IMG/VR virus record: IMGVR_UViG_3300034171_000222
Coordinates: 1-27,175 of that record
Length of the DNA stretch: 27,175 nt
Direction: 5' to 3' (one strand)
From: a virus
Lineage: Duplodnaviria > Caudoviricetes
A model generated the notes under the pieces. That model worked only from the letters and a program-made list of their open reading frames with translations. It ran no database searches and was not told where the DNA came from. Made by a program: the position numbers and the translations under genes. This document shows positions 1 through 9,173 of the stretch, one piece after another. The stretch's first letter is position 1. Each line of letters starts with the position of its first letter.

Positions 1-703
1 AAAGAGAAAAAAGGAGATAGGGTAGATTCTTAGTTTCAATATACCTTTGAAGGTTATTTTCGTTCGTGATTGACTCCTACCTCCCTCACTTAATTTATCT
101 AATTTAATCTTTTACAAACATAGGAGATTTCGTGTGGCCGGTAAGGCTAAACGTGAACACCCCGATCCTTCGGGGTTGAATGAATCGGTTCTTTGCCGGA
201 ATGCCTATTATGGGTATTGGTGTGTTTAGAAAAGATAATCTTCAACAGCTATAAGCGTTAGATAGCATGAGGCATTTATTTTTATACTGTATTTTAAGAT
301 AGAGATCCAAATCAGATACTCCGATATGAGCCTCATATCCAGTTTGAATCTTTTTTTTATCTCTTTTTTCATTTTTGAGCGATAGCTTCCCTATACGTCC
401 TGGAAATCGTTTGATTTTCTGATATTTATTTTTCTGGTTTTTCAAGGAATCAAGCCAATTTTAGCTAGTCTCGAGCTGGAACGGTTGTTATTGTTATTAG
501 TTTTCTTGCTCAATATTCCATAATGCCAGATAGCACCAAACCTTTGGAGAGCAAATGTGGATATTACGGATCGAATCGTGCCAAGTAATACATTTCAAAT
601 GATGTCAATTTGCATATTCAAGATAATGTAATAAGGTTTGATAATACTATTCTAAATAATCTAGATTAAAATGAATAATATCATCTAAATAATAATATTT
701 TGT

Positions 704-711
704 TAAATTTG
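704..711 (+). promoter_or_regulatory. Candidate Bacteroidota housekeeping promoter -7 element (TAnnTTTG) for the five-gene operon
   Basis: TAAATTTG about 100 nt upstream of the ATG at 815. No clear -33 TTTG, and the AT-rich context makes a chance match possible. Confidence 0.4.
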
Positions 712-814
712 ATAAATTGAAAAAGATAATTATCAAAAATTACGAAAAAATATTACTTAATCCTTTTCAGGATTTTTTATTATTATCTCCCATAACCCAA
801 TCAATTTATACAAT

Positions 815-2137
815 ATGAAAAAAAGTCACACTGCCCTTTTTGGGTTTTTTATGTTATTTATAATTCTTTCATCCTGTAAAAGAGAAGTAGACAAAACCAC
901 AGAACTAGTTACTACCGAAATTCCATCAACAAAATATTCGAAAATTAGCCATGTTACTTTTTATATAGAAAATTCAGGAAGTATGTTTGGTTATGTTAAT
1001 GGTACAACTGAATTTGTTAATGCGGTTAATGATTTGGCACAATTCCCTAATTTGGTACAAACCGAAACACCTTTCTCATATTTTCTAATTAGTGGAAAAA
1101 AGGATTTTATTAATAATAAAGATAGCTTAACAATTTACTCGATCGGAGACAACCCAGCCATTTTAAGATCTCAACTTACAAAAAAAGGATTTGATAAACC
1201 TTCAAGTGGCAATAGCGATTTGAAAAATATGTTTGAAATAGCCTTAAAAAAGGCTCGTAAAGATAGTATTTCAATATTAATTTCAGACGGTATTTATGAT
1301 GTTGGCGGATCTACGAATCCTTTAACAGCTTTAGCGACAGAGGGAACTTTAACACGCACTAAATTTATACAGAGATTAAATATTGATAATATTGAAACAT
1401 TGTTAATAAAATTAGAATCTAATTTTAATGGTTCCTATTACCCTGCTAATGTAAAAGACCCAAGTGGTAAAAGCGAAACAATCAACCAAAAAAGACCTTA
1501 TTATATTTGGATTTTTGGAAATAGTGATTTATTAAAGGAATATTTTCCGGAAGAAAGATTAGAGGAATTAAACGGTTATGTTGACCTTGCTCGTTTTCGA
1601 AAAATAACTAAAAATGATTTTCCTTTCGAAGGTATTGGATATAATAATTTTGGATTCAAAAAAGATTTCAAAACTCCCAAAACCTTTGAATTATATCATA
1701 ATGTTACTAATTCCAACCAATTTACTATTGCAGTTGATTTTGCCAATCTAAATTTATCTAATTCCTATTTAACCTCTACCAACAATTACTCATGTTCAAG
1801 TAATAATTATGTCGTTAAGAAAATTAGCCCAATCGGAAAAATTCCAAAAAGTGAAATAGAATCATATACAGAAATGCTCGATTTTAAGCCTTCACATATC
1901 ATCACAATTGCATCAAAAACGAGTCAGCCTGAGATAGGAAATATGAGTATTGCTTTAAATAATCGGCTTCCGAATTGGATTAATGAATCAAATACAGGGA
2001 ATGATTATCCATTTGATGGTTCAACAACTCAAACATTTGGTTTTAGTACCCTTATTAAAGGAATCGAAGAAGCCTATTTAGAAGTTTCAAAAACGAAGTC
2101 TTTAGCTGAGTTTAATATTATAATAAAAAATAATTGA
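815..2137 (+). CDS. Lipoprotein with a vWA-like domain
   Basis: 440-aa ORF. Signal peptide with lipobox LSSC (Cys21). MIDAS-like motifs FYIENSGSM (DxSxS variant) and ILISDG. Confidence 0.7.
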   Translation: MKKSHTALFGFFMLFIILSSCKREVDKTTELVTTEIPSTKYSKISHVTFYIENSGSMFGYVNGTTEFVNAVNDLAQFPNLVQTETPFSYFLISGKKDFINNKDSLTIYSIGDNPAILRSQLTKKGFDKPSSGNSDLKNMFEIALKKARKDSISILISDGIYDVGGSTNPLTALATEGTLTRTKFIQRLNIDNIETLLIKLESNFNGSYYPANVKDPSGKSETINQKRPYYIWIFGNSDLLKEYFPEERLEELNGYVDLARFRKITKNDFPFEGIGYNNFGFKKDFKTPKTFELYHNVTNSNQFTIAVDFANLNLSNSYLTSTNNYSCSSNNYVVKKISPIGKIPKSEIESYTEMLDFKPSHIITIASKTSQPEIGNMSIALNNRLPNWINESNTGNDYPFDGSTTQTFGFSTLIKGIEEAYLEVSKTKSLAEFNIIIKNN

Positions 2138-2138
2138 T

Positions 2139-2570
2139 ATGGTAATTTTTGCACCTATTTACGAATTTTTTGAAAATGTTTTTGGAATTTTTGACAACCA
2201 ATTTTCTATGGTTTTTCAGACCTTATTTGAAAAAGGGGGATATAATAATATGGGGATGTTATTGCTATTTATTCCTTTAGTGTTCTTATTATTATTTTAT
2301 TTATTATGGAAATTCCCATATGCTACTTTTTGGCACTGGCTAATATATATAGGCATTATTGCCATAATTGTTGGAGCTTCAACTTTTGGTTCGGTACGTC
2401 TTACATTAGCGAAATTCTTAGTTGATTCAAATCCATTAATAGCTGATTTTACCGAAACTCTTGTTTTAAAATATGCAATTCTTAATGCTTTTTTATCTCT
2501 GATAATTTCACTTATTTATAGTTTGGTTTTGCGCCTATATAGTAAAGTCCAAATGCATTTACCTTTTTAA
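2139..2570 (+). CDS. Small multi-pass membrane protein
   Basis: 143-aa ORF with about 3 hydrophobic helices (MLLLFIPLVFLLLFYLLW, WLIYIGIIAIIVGA, YAILNAFLSLIISLIYSLVL). Starts 1 nt after the upstream stop. Confidence 0.75.
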   Translation: MVIFAPIYEFFENVFGIFDNQFSMVFQTLFEKGGYNNMGMLLLFIPLVFLLLFYLLWKFPYATFWHWLIYIGIIAIIVGASTFGSVRLTLAKFLVDSNPLIADFTETLVLKYAILNAFLSLIISLIYSLVLRLYSKVQMHLPF

Positions 2571-2581
2571 ATTTAAAAATT

Positions 2582-3982
2582 ATGGCTAAATTATATATTT
2601 TCGGAATAGGTGGCACTGGGTCAAGAGTGATTAAAGCATTGACGATGCTATTTGCCTCTGGTTGTCAATTAGAAAACGGATTTGATACAGTTGTTCCTAT
2701 TATCATTGATCCAGACACTGGTAATGGGGATTTAAATAGAACAAAGGAAATATTAAAATTATATCAGGAAATTAGAAAAGAAATCAAAAATCCTGATGAT
2801 TTTTTTGCACAAGAACTTAAAACGGTCACTAATTTAGTTGCCAATTCTGATAGCGCTAATGGTGATGGATTTCAATTTCAACTTAAGGGTACTGCTGGCA
2901 GCAAATTTAAAGAATATATACATTATTCGAATTTGGATCAGGAAGATAAATATTTTGTTGATCAATTATACTCTCATCATAATCTTGAATCTAACCTTGA
3001 TGTAGGATTTAAAGGGAATCCGAATATGGGCTCCATAGTTTTGAATCAATTCACAACGTCAAAGGATTTCGAAAGATTTGGGCAATCATTTAATCAAGGC
3101 GATGCAATATTTATTATAAATTCAATTTTTGGAGGAACCGGTGCGGCTGGCTTTCCTTTATTATTAAAAAACCTAAAAAATGGCGCAGGGATAACAAATG
3201 AAGCACTCATCAAGCTTGCAGATATTGGAGGAATTACTTATTTGCCATACTTTAAATTAAATAAAGGTGAAATAGATTCTGATACGTTCCTTGAAAAAAC
3301 AAAATCAGCTATTGACTATTATAACCGTACAATAATAAATCAAAATCAAATTGAGGCATTATATTTAATTGGAGATATCGATACGACCTCAATCTATGAA
3401 AATCATTCAGGACAACAAGCACAAAAAAACGACGCTCATTTTCTTGAACTTGCCGGAGCTCTTGCTATTTTAGATTTTACCAAAAACATCAATAATCTGA
3501 CACAAGGAAGAATTAAAATTAAAGAATTTGGGATAGATAATAATACAAAACCTTTAACTTTTGATTCTTTGAATGCGCAAAATGCAAAGCAAATTGAAAG
3601 CTATTTAAAAAAGTTCAGATTTTATACAGAGTACTTGGAGAAAGGATTGCAAAGAGCTTTAAACGTATCAAGATGGACAAAGAAAAAAACCCAATTGAAT
3701 AAAGATTATTTCGACAGCAGTGAGTATAAGAATCAAATTGTTAAATTCAATAATCACTTTAGTAAATGGTCTCAAGAATTAGAAAACAATAAGCCATCAT
3801 TTGCCCCCTTTGATAAAATTATAAAAAACGATGACAAGGGAAAGCAGCTGTTTAAATATCTTGACACTGCAAATTGTTTAGCAATTGATAATGCAGGGAC
3901 CTCCGAGGATAAGAAGCACCATCAACTTATTAAACTCTTTAGTAAATCAACTCAAAAAGTCATTCAAACCCACAAACTTTAA
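2582..3982 (+). CDS. Divergent FtsZ/tubulin-superfamily GTPase (Tubulin_2 / FtsZ-like 1 type), not the cell-division FtsZ
   Basis: N-terminal LYIFGIGGTG loop, IIIDPD, GFKGNPNMG, and tubulin signature variant SIFGGTGAAG. Confidence 0.85.
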   Translation: MAKLYIFGIGGTGSRVIKALTMLFASGCQLENGFDTVVPIIIDPDTGNGDLNRTKEILKLYQEIRKEIKNPDDFFAQELKTVTNLVANSDSANGDGFQFQLKGTAGSKFKEYIHYSNLDQEDKYFVDQLYSHHNLESNLDVGFKGNPNMGSIVLNQFTTSKDFERFGQSFNQGDAIFIINSIFGGTGAAGFPLLLKNLKNGAGITNEALIKLADIGGITYLPYFKLNKGEIDSDTFLEKTKSAIDYYNRTIINQNQIEALYLIGDIDTTSIYENHSGQQAQKNDAHFLELAGALAILDFTKNINNLTQGRIKIKEFGIDNNTKPLTFDSLNAQNAKQIESYLKKFRFYTEYLEKGLQRALNVSRWTKKKTQLNKDYFDSSEYKNQIVKFNNHFSKWSQELENNKPSFAPFDKIIKNDDKGKQLFKYLDTANCLAIDNAGTSEDKKHHQLIKLFSKSTQKVIQTHKL

Positions 3983-3993
3983 AAAATTCGTCC

Positions 3994-6900
3994 ATGGCTA
4001 AGAAAATATTCAGAATACATAATAACGGCGTAACATCTGAATCTGGATGGTTTGATAGTGCGACTATAACCAGTCAAGAATTAAATGAAATTATTACAGA
4101 TGGAAAAGGGATTGCCACGTCTATTCCGAGTCCTTTTGCACGTATAGATTTAGTTAAATCTGCTTTCCAATGGGTTTCCCAAAATAATATTGATGGGAAT
4201 ACTGCACAACACAAATTGGTATCAGATGCGCTTGATGTTGGCCAATTGTTTTTTTTATCAGGATTGTACAAAGAGTTAGAAATTATAGAATGGAATCCCA
4301 ATAAACGATTTGAAGAACTTAAAAAGGGTGTTCACAAAGATTTTATAGATACGCTTGAAACCTATTGGAAACAGGATGGTAATGTATATAACTTTGATAG
4401 TGTAAATAGGCTATTTTTTATATTATATAATAAAAGATTAATTGGAGGCACTTCTCCGTCGACATTATTTTTTGCTGCACCAGATGCAAATTCGCAAAGT
4501 TTAAATATGAATATCCGTAGAGGAAGTGATAAACTTCTTGACAATAAGTACGCTTCTTTGGCCAAACGCGAATGGTCCTATATTGAGTATATTTTTGCAT
4601 TGTCTAAAACAAGCCAATTCATGCAATTCTTTACAGTTAAGGGAAAAGAAGAATTTTATAATTATTTGCAGGCTGTAAAGCGAAGCTTATCACATGAGGA
4701 ACAGCTAAAGATTGATAATATTGATAACAATTCAAACACCAAATATAAAAAATGTTTTGTAACTACTTCAGAAGATAATTTTTGTGATGTTCTAGGTGTA
4801 CCACTTGGCTTACAAATTAAAGAAGCTTCAAATATTGAAAGAAGTAGTGATTTTGTTATTAAAAGTGAGCTTTCTGACAAAAAACCTTTAGTCCTGCCCA
4901 ATAACAGATATTCCGATGGGTTATGTTATACCACAAGCGATGTTAAATGGGATGCTGACACAATGCATAAAAAAATTCCATACAGAAACGAAAAATCCGA
5001 AAAACATTCAAAATTACCGGTTTATGGAGATAATTATTACTGGTTATCAATAGGTAACTTTCTTGAAGATAAAATAATTGAATTACCGTATGAATTAGAT
5101 GCTTCTAATTTTGAATTATGCGGTTCTACAAAATATTTGCTACCCCTAACCAAAACATTCTTTGAGTATTTCAAAACAGAAGATATTAATAAATTATTTA
5201 AAGTAATCCCATTAACTGGTGGAGGTGTTGAGGTTAAATTAGAAATTCCTGTTAAGTGTGGCAGAAATATTCCATTTTCAAAAATTTATAATCACAATGA
5301 TATAGAGAAATTAGAGGTTCATTTAGCAATTTTCCCTTTTATCAAAGTAGAAGATTTTCCACTAAAGTATAATGTTGGAATAATAGATGGAGATTTTGAA
5401 AATAATGATAAAAATGTAATTAACACTTCTTTTTATAAAACAGGGAATAAAATTGAAAGTTCCAAGCTAATTACAAGAAGCCATGGCGGAAATAAAATAA
5501 AAAGTGGTTATCTAAGTACTAATGGATATTTTGATAGCATTCAGTTGACATTCAATAACACAAATTGTTTTATAATTCCAAAAATGCCGGTGTACAAGCC
5601 TGGAGCAGCAAACTATAATTTTGCCATTGACTTTGGAACAACCAATACGCATATTGAGTATAATAAAGATGGTGAGACTCAGCAACCTTTAAAAAATGAA
5701 ATGCCAAATAATATTTGGGCATCGCTGCTGGATAAAAACGCGAATGTTGATGCGCTGTATGTTTTAAATGAAGCTACTTTTGAACAGGAAATTATCCCAC
5801 ATACTATTGGCAACAATGACCTGAGTTTCCCTCTAAGAACGGCATTAGTTGAGAATAAAGATATAGATTTCAATCAGGAAAGGGAATTGTTTAAACACCT
5901 AAATAATTTTTTCTTATACGAAAAACAGTCAATACAAAGTCATTTGGAATTAACTACTTCATTAAAATGGAGTAATTATTCTAAAAGTGAAGACAAAAAA
6001 AGAGTGGAATCATATATCGAATTTCTTTTGACCATTGTGTTTTATAAAGTGTTGCTATCAAATGGTAAACTTGACAGAACTAAAATCATTTGGTTTTATC
6101 CTATAAGTATGACAAACTTTCAACAAGGGGTTATTGAAGATTCTTGGAAGAAGGCTTATAAAAAAGTATTCGGGAAATTTGCACATTTAAATAATTTAAC
6201 CAAAATGCCTGAAAGTATCGCTCCATTTTTTTATTATCAAAATCAAAAAGGAATTTTAGGTTTATCGGTATCAATAGATATTGGTGGAGGTTCATCGGAC
6301 ATATCAATATTTGATGATGGCCAAGCAAAGACAATTTCCTCATTTAGATTTTCAGGGGACTCTATTTATGGTGATGGATATGGAGGTAGCCCTAGTGTTA
6401 ATGGATTTGTCAAGGCTTTCAAAGAAGATGCTTTAACCTATTTAAACAGCAATGATTTTAAAAAAAAGGAAAAACTTAAGATACTAACAAACATTCTTGA
6501 AACAAAAGGTAATTCAAGTGATTTTAGTAGTTACCTATTTTCATTAGAAAAAAGTTCTTCAGGCTTATTTGATTATTCTGGTCTTATCAAGGAAGAAATG
6601 AATTTAAAACTTAGCATTTTAATATTTTATAGTGCCATAGGATTCTATGTGTCAAAAATATTGAAAGCTGAAGGATATGAAGTACCAAGAAACTATCTGT
6701 TTAGCGGCACAGGAGCTAAGTCAATAGAAATAATTGATAGTTCATCAGATCTCGTCCATATTTCTGGTTTAATGAAATATATGGCTGAAAAAGTACTTGG
6801 TAAAAATGCTAAAACGGTAGTTTCAAAGCTTTCCGAAATACCTAAAGAAATTACCTGCAAAGGGGGCTTACTAAAATCATCTGATAACGAGGTCGCTACT

Positions 6901-7284
6901 AAATTTTGGTTAGGCGGATCAGAAAAATCTGAATGGGATTTAATTTTAGACGCCACAACTTTTTCCGAAGCACCTAAGTTTAATGATTGTTCCCCAGAAA
7001 ATTTCAATTATATTATTGATACTGTCGAAGAATTTTATACAATATTGGACAACTATTTTAAGACAATTAATATTACAAATGATTTTGGTATTAAAAAAGA
7101 GGCATACGATAAATTTAAAGAGATGCGCTCAGATCAATTATTAGTATTTCTAAAAAAGGGTGTTGAACTTAAAGTTGAAAGTGAGGGTGGTAATTCAAAC
7201 ATAGAAATTGAGGAATCATTGTTCTTTTATCCCCTAATAGGAGTTTTAAATAAGTTAGCTCTTAAACTTGCTACAAAAGAATAG
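3994..7284 (+). CDS. Large protein with C-terminal actin/Hsp70-superfamily ATPase domain and an unassigned ~540-aa N-terminal region
   Basis: AIDFGTTNT (phosphate 1), PESIAP (connect 1), SIDIGGGSSDI (phosphate 2), LFSGTGAK (adenosine) and PKEITCKGGL (connect 2) occur in canonical order. Confidence 0.8.
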   Translation: MAKKIFRIHNNGVTSESGWFDSATITSQELNEIITDGKGIATSIPSPFARIDLVKSAFQWVSQNNIDGNTAQHKLVSDALDVGQLFFLSGLYKELEIIEWNPNKRFEELKKGVHKDFIDTLETYWKQDGNVYNFDSVNRLFFILYNKRLIGGTSPSTLFFAAPDANSQSLNMNIRRGSDKLLDNKYASLAKREWSYIEYIFALSKTSQFMQFFTVKGKEEFYNYLQAVKRSLSHEEQLKIDNIDNNSNTKYKKCFVTTSEDNFCDVLGVPLGLQIKEASNIERSSDFVIKSELSDKKPLVLPNNRYSDGLCYTTSDVKWDADTMHKKIPYRNEKSEKHSKLPVYGDNYYWLSIGNFLEDKIIELPYELDASNFELCGSTKYLLPLTKTFFEYFKTEDINKLFKVIPLTGGGVEVKLEIPVKCGRNIPFSKIYNHNDIEKLEVHLAIFPFIKVEDFPLKYNVGIIDGDFENNDKNVINTSFYKTGNKIESSKLITRSHGGNKIKSGYLSTNGYFDSIQLTFNNTNCFIIPKMPVYKPGAANYNFAIDFGTTNTHIEYNKDGETQQPLKNEMPNNIWASLLDKNANVDALYVLNEATFEQEIIPHTIGNNDLSFPLRTALVENKDIDFNQERELFKHLNNFFLYEKQSIQSHLELTTSLKWSNYSKSEDKKRVESYIEFLLTIVFYKVLLSNGKLDRTKIIWFYPISMTNFQQGVIEDSWKKAYKKVFGKFAHLNNLTKMPESIAPFFYYQNQKGILGLSVSIDIGGGSSDISIFDDGQAKTISSFRFSGDSIYGDGYGGSPSVNGFVKAFKEDALTYLNSNDFKKKEKLKILTNILETKGNSSDFSSYLFSLEKSSSGLFDYSGLIKEEMNLKLSILIFYSAIGFYVSKILKAEGYEVPRNYLFSGTGAKSIEIIDSSSDLVHISGLMKYMAEKVLGKNAKTVVSKLSEIPKEITCKGGLLKSSDNEVATKFWLGGSEKSEWDLILDATTFSEAPKFNDCSPENFNYIIDTVEEFYTILDNYFKTINITNDFGIKKEAYDKFKEMRSDQLLVFLKKGVELKVESEGGNSNIEIEESLFFYPLIGVLNKLALKLATKE

Positions 7285-7288
7285 TATA

Positions 7289-8116
7289 ATGAAATATTTA
7301 AAACTGTTTTTCTTAATTTTTTTATTTACTTATTACAATTGCTCAGCTGACACATTTAATCCAGATATTTTTGTAAATAATATTGATTTGGCAGATGAGA
7401 ATAAGGGGAATATTTTCTTAAGTATTACGGGTTATATTTTAATTTTCATTTTAGGATGCATTAGTGTAATAGTGTATTTTCATTTTAGAATTCAACATAT
7501 ACTGGAAGAAGAATATGTTGAATATAAAAGACAAATAAAAGGAAGCAACGAAAATTACCCTTCATTTATTTTTGGAGTTATCCAATTTCTAAAAGAGAGA
7601 AAAAATACTTATAAAAACAAAACTTTATTACAAAATACTGAATCAAATAAAAATTACAGATTACAAACATTAATAAAAGAGAATAGAAATCTGACTGAAC
7701 GAAATCGGGAACTTGAAAAAAAATTACTTGATTCTAATGATATTCCTAAGAATAATAATCAAAATGGCGAAAAAATAATTCTTGAACAAGCGGCGCCTTT
7801 AATTCTGCAAGAAAAAAAAGCAAACATACTTTATTTTAGTATTGCTGAGAAGGACGGATCTTTTTTCGAAGATAAATCAACAATTACAGCTTTGGCAAGG
7901 TCTTATTATCAAATAGAATATTTTGAAGGTGAAAGGACCGGGAAATTAATTTACAGGTCGGGAAATCTTGATACGTCTGCCCTATCGCAAATGGATCAAA
8001 TTTTAGGTCCAGTTTGTGAAATTGAAAATTCATCAATAACCAATCCAACCAGAATTATTGTTCAATCTTCGGGCACAGTTGTCAAAGAAGATGACAAATG
8101 GAAAATTAATGTATAA
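7289..8116 (+). CDS. Membrane-anchored coiled-coil protein, probably C-terminally clipped by the prophage
   Basis: ATG at 7289 (4 nt after the upstream stop) preferred over TTG at 7268. Signal-like N-terminus, TM IFLSITGYILIFILGCISVIVYF, coiled coil LQTLIKENRNLTERNRELEKKL. The stop lies inside the putative phage end. Confidence 0.7.
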   Translation: MKYLKLFFLIFLFTYYNCSADTFNPDIFVNNIDLADENKGNIFLSITGYILIFILGCISVIVYFHFRIQHILEEEYVEYKRQIKGSNENYPSFIFGVIQFLKERKNTYKNKTLLQNTESNKNYRLQTLIKENRNLTERNRELEKKLLDSNDIPKNNNQNGEKIILEQAAPLILQEKKANILYFSIAEKDGSFFEDKSTITALARSYYQIEYFEGERTGKLIYRSGNLDTSALSQMDQILGPVCEIENSSITNPTRIIVQSSGTVVKEDDKWKINV

Positions 8117-8160
8117 TCGGCAAATCAAATTCAGCATAATTGCAAATCGAAATCCGCACT
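8110..8160. repeat. Putative transposable-phage terminus with tandem transposase-binding-like repeats
   Basis: TGTAT at 8110, then gcaaatcaaattcagca (8120-8136) and gcaaatcgaaatccgca (8142-8158), 22 bp apart. Confidence 0.6.
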
Positions 8161-8209
8161 TTTAATACACGGCAATATAATCACATTTTAAACATAATTG
8201 CAAGACCAT

Positions 8210-9028
8210 TTAAAACAGCTTTAAATGGTCTTGTGGGTTACTAAGGTCATAGTTAGCTGTGAGAACCTCAATTTTCTTCTTTCCGGGCTTACCGGTTCCG
8301 TTGGCCACACTAACAGTTTGTTCCAGTGTTTTCACGCTCCAGTTATTAGCTTTAGTATATTCTGCCAGTATATCACTTGGATAACTACTCATTAGAAACT
8401 TCCCCTCAACCCGTGAGAGCGTTTTTAGGAGGTTTTCAAAGTCATCACGGCTATATCCATCATAATGACCACAATCGCTGTTAAAATAGGGCGGGTCGCA
8501 ATAATGAAACGCATCTACATGGTCTCTGGAATTGATTACTCGTAGGGCATCAGTGCATTCAACCTGGACATTTTGCATCCGTATAGAGAGATCCAATGTA
8601 AAAGAATCACGTTTATTGGTTATTTTCTGACTGGTGGTACCGCGTATTTTGTCATATCCGAAAGAACCGTCAAGCATCGAACTAAAGGATTGTGCTGCCA
8701 ATACCCAAACTGCCCAACCTCGCTTAAGCCGCCCAAACATATGTGGATTGTTATAAATAACAGTTGCGTCCCCGTGCAAGGACCGACTATGTAGGCTTAT
8801 CCTGATCATCTTCTCAAGCTCCACATATTCATTCTGTACGCATTCGTAAAAATTGATTAACTCCCTATTGTAATCGTTAATTATCTCGACTTCGCTTTTT
8901 GGCTTTGCCTAGAATATAGCACCACCGCCAACAAAGGTTTCGGTATAGGTCGTGTGCTTAGGGATTAGGGGAATAATGGTAGAAACTAGATTTTGTTTTC
9001 CGCCGTAGTATGATGTAGGTGTTTTCAT
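8210..9028 (-). pseudogene. Dam/D12-class N6-adenine DNA methyltransferase interrupted by an in-frame TAG at codon 40
   Basis: Reading from ATG 9028 gives MKTPTSYYGGKQNL...ETFVGGGAIF*AKPKSEVEIIND..., continuing in frame into the 204-aa ORF with the DPPY motif. The TAG is at 8911-8909. Confidence 0.85.
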
Positions 9029-9061
9029 TTCGATTTTAAAAGTAATAGTTTATATTTGTCA

Positions 9062-9173
9062 TTCTCCAAACAGTTAAACGCAGTCAAGCGATCAAAGGCT
9101 ATGGCCCTCGGTCGCGCTTGACTGCGTTTTTATTTAGTACTGTTTGGAGAAACTACTACTGAAGATCGGGGGC
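9062..9173 (+). other. Long intergenic inverted repeat / putative structured RNA
   Basis: 9062-9074 pairs with 9139-9151 (13 bp) and 9076-9090 with 9115-9129 (15 bp). TATATTTG promoter-like motif at 9051-9058. Confidence 0.6.

Noticed and set aside
242-445. 67-aa minus-strand ORF
   Set aside because: TTG start, Lys-rich because of T-runs, and no recognisable motif; likely spurious or a remnant.
2582-7284. Calling these genes ftsZ and ftsA/dnaK
   Set aside because: No dcw cluster or chaperone context, divergent motifs and atypical sizes; only superfamily-level calls are supported.
815-8116. Operon as prophage cargo (PhuZ-like phage tubulin)
   Set aside because: It lies outside the apparent phage terminus at 8110, differs in composition and seems interrupted by the phage.
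8909-8911. TAG recoding (alternative genetic code) as the explanation for the methylase stop
   Set aside because: TAG is the genuine stop of several prophage genes here (10043, 20573, 24011, 25112) and no suppressor tRNA is visible.
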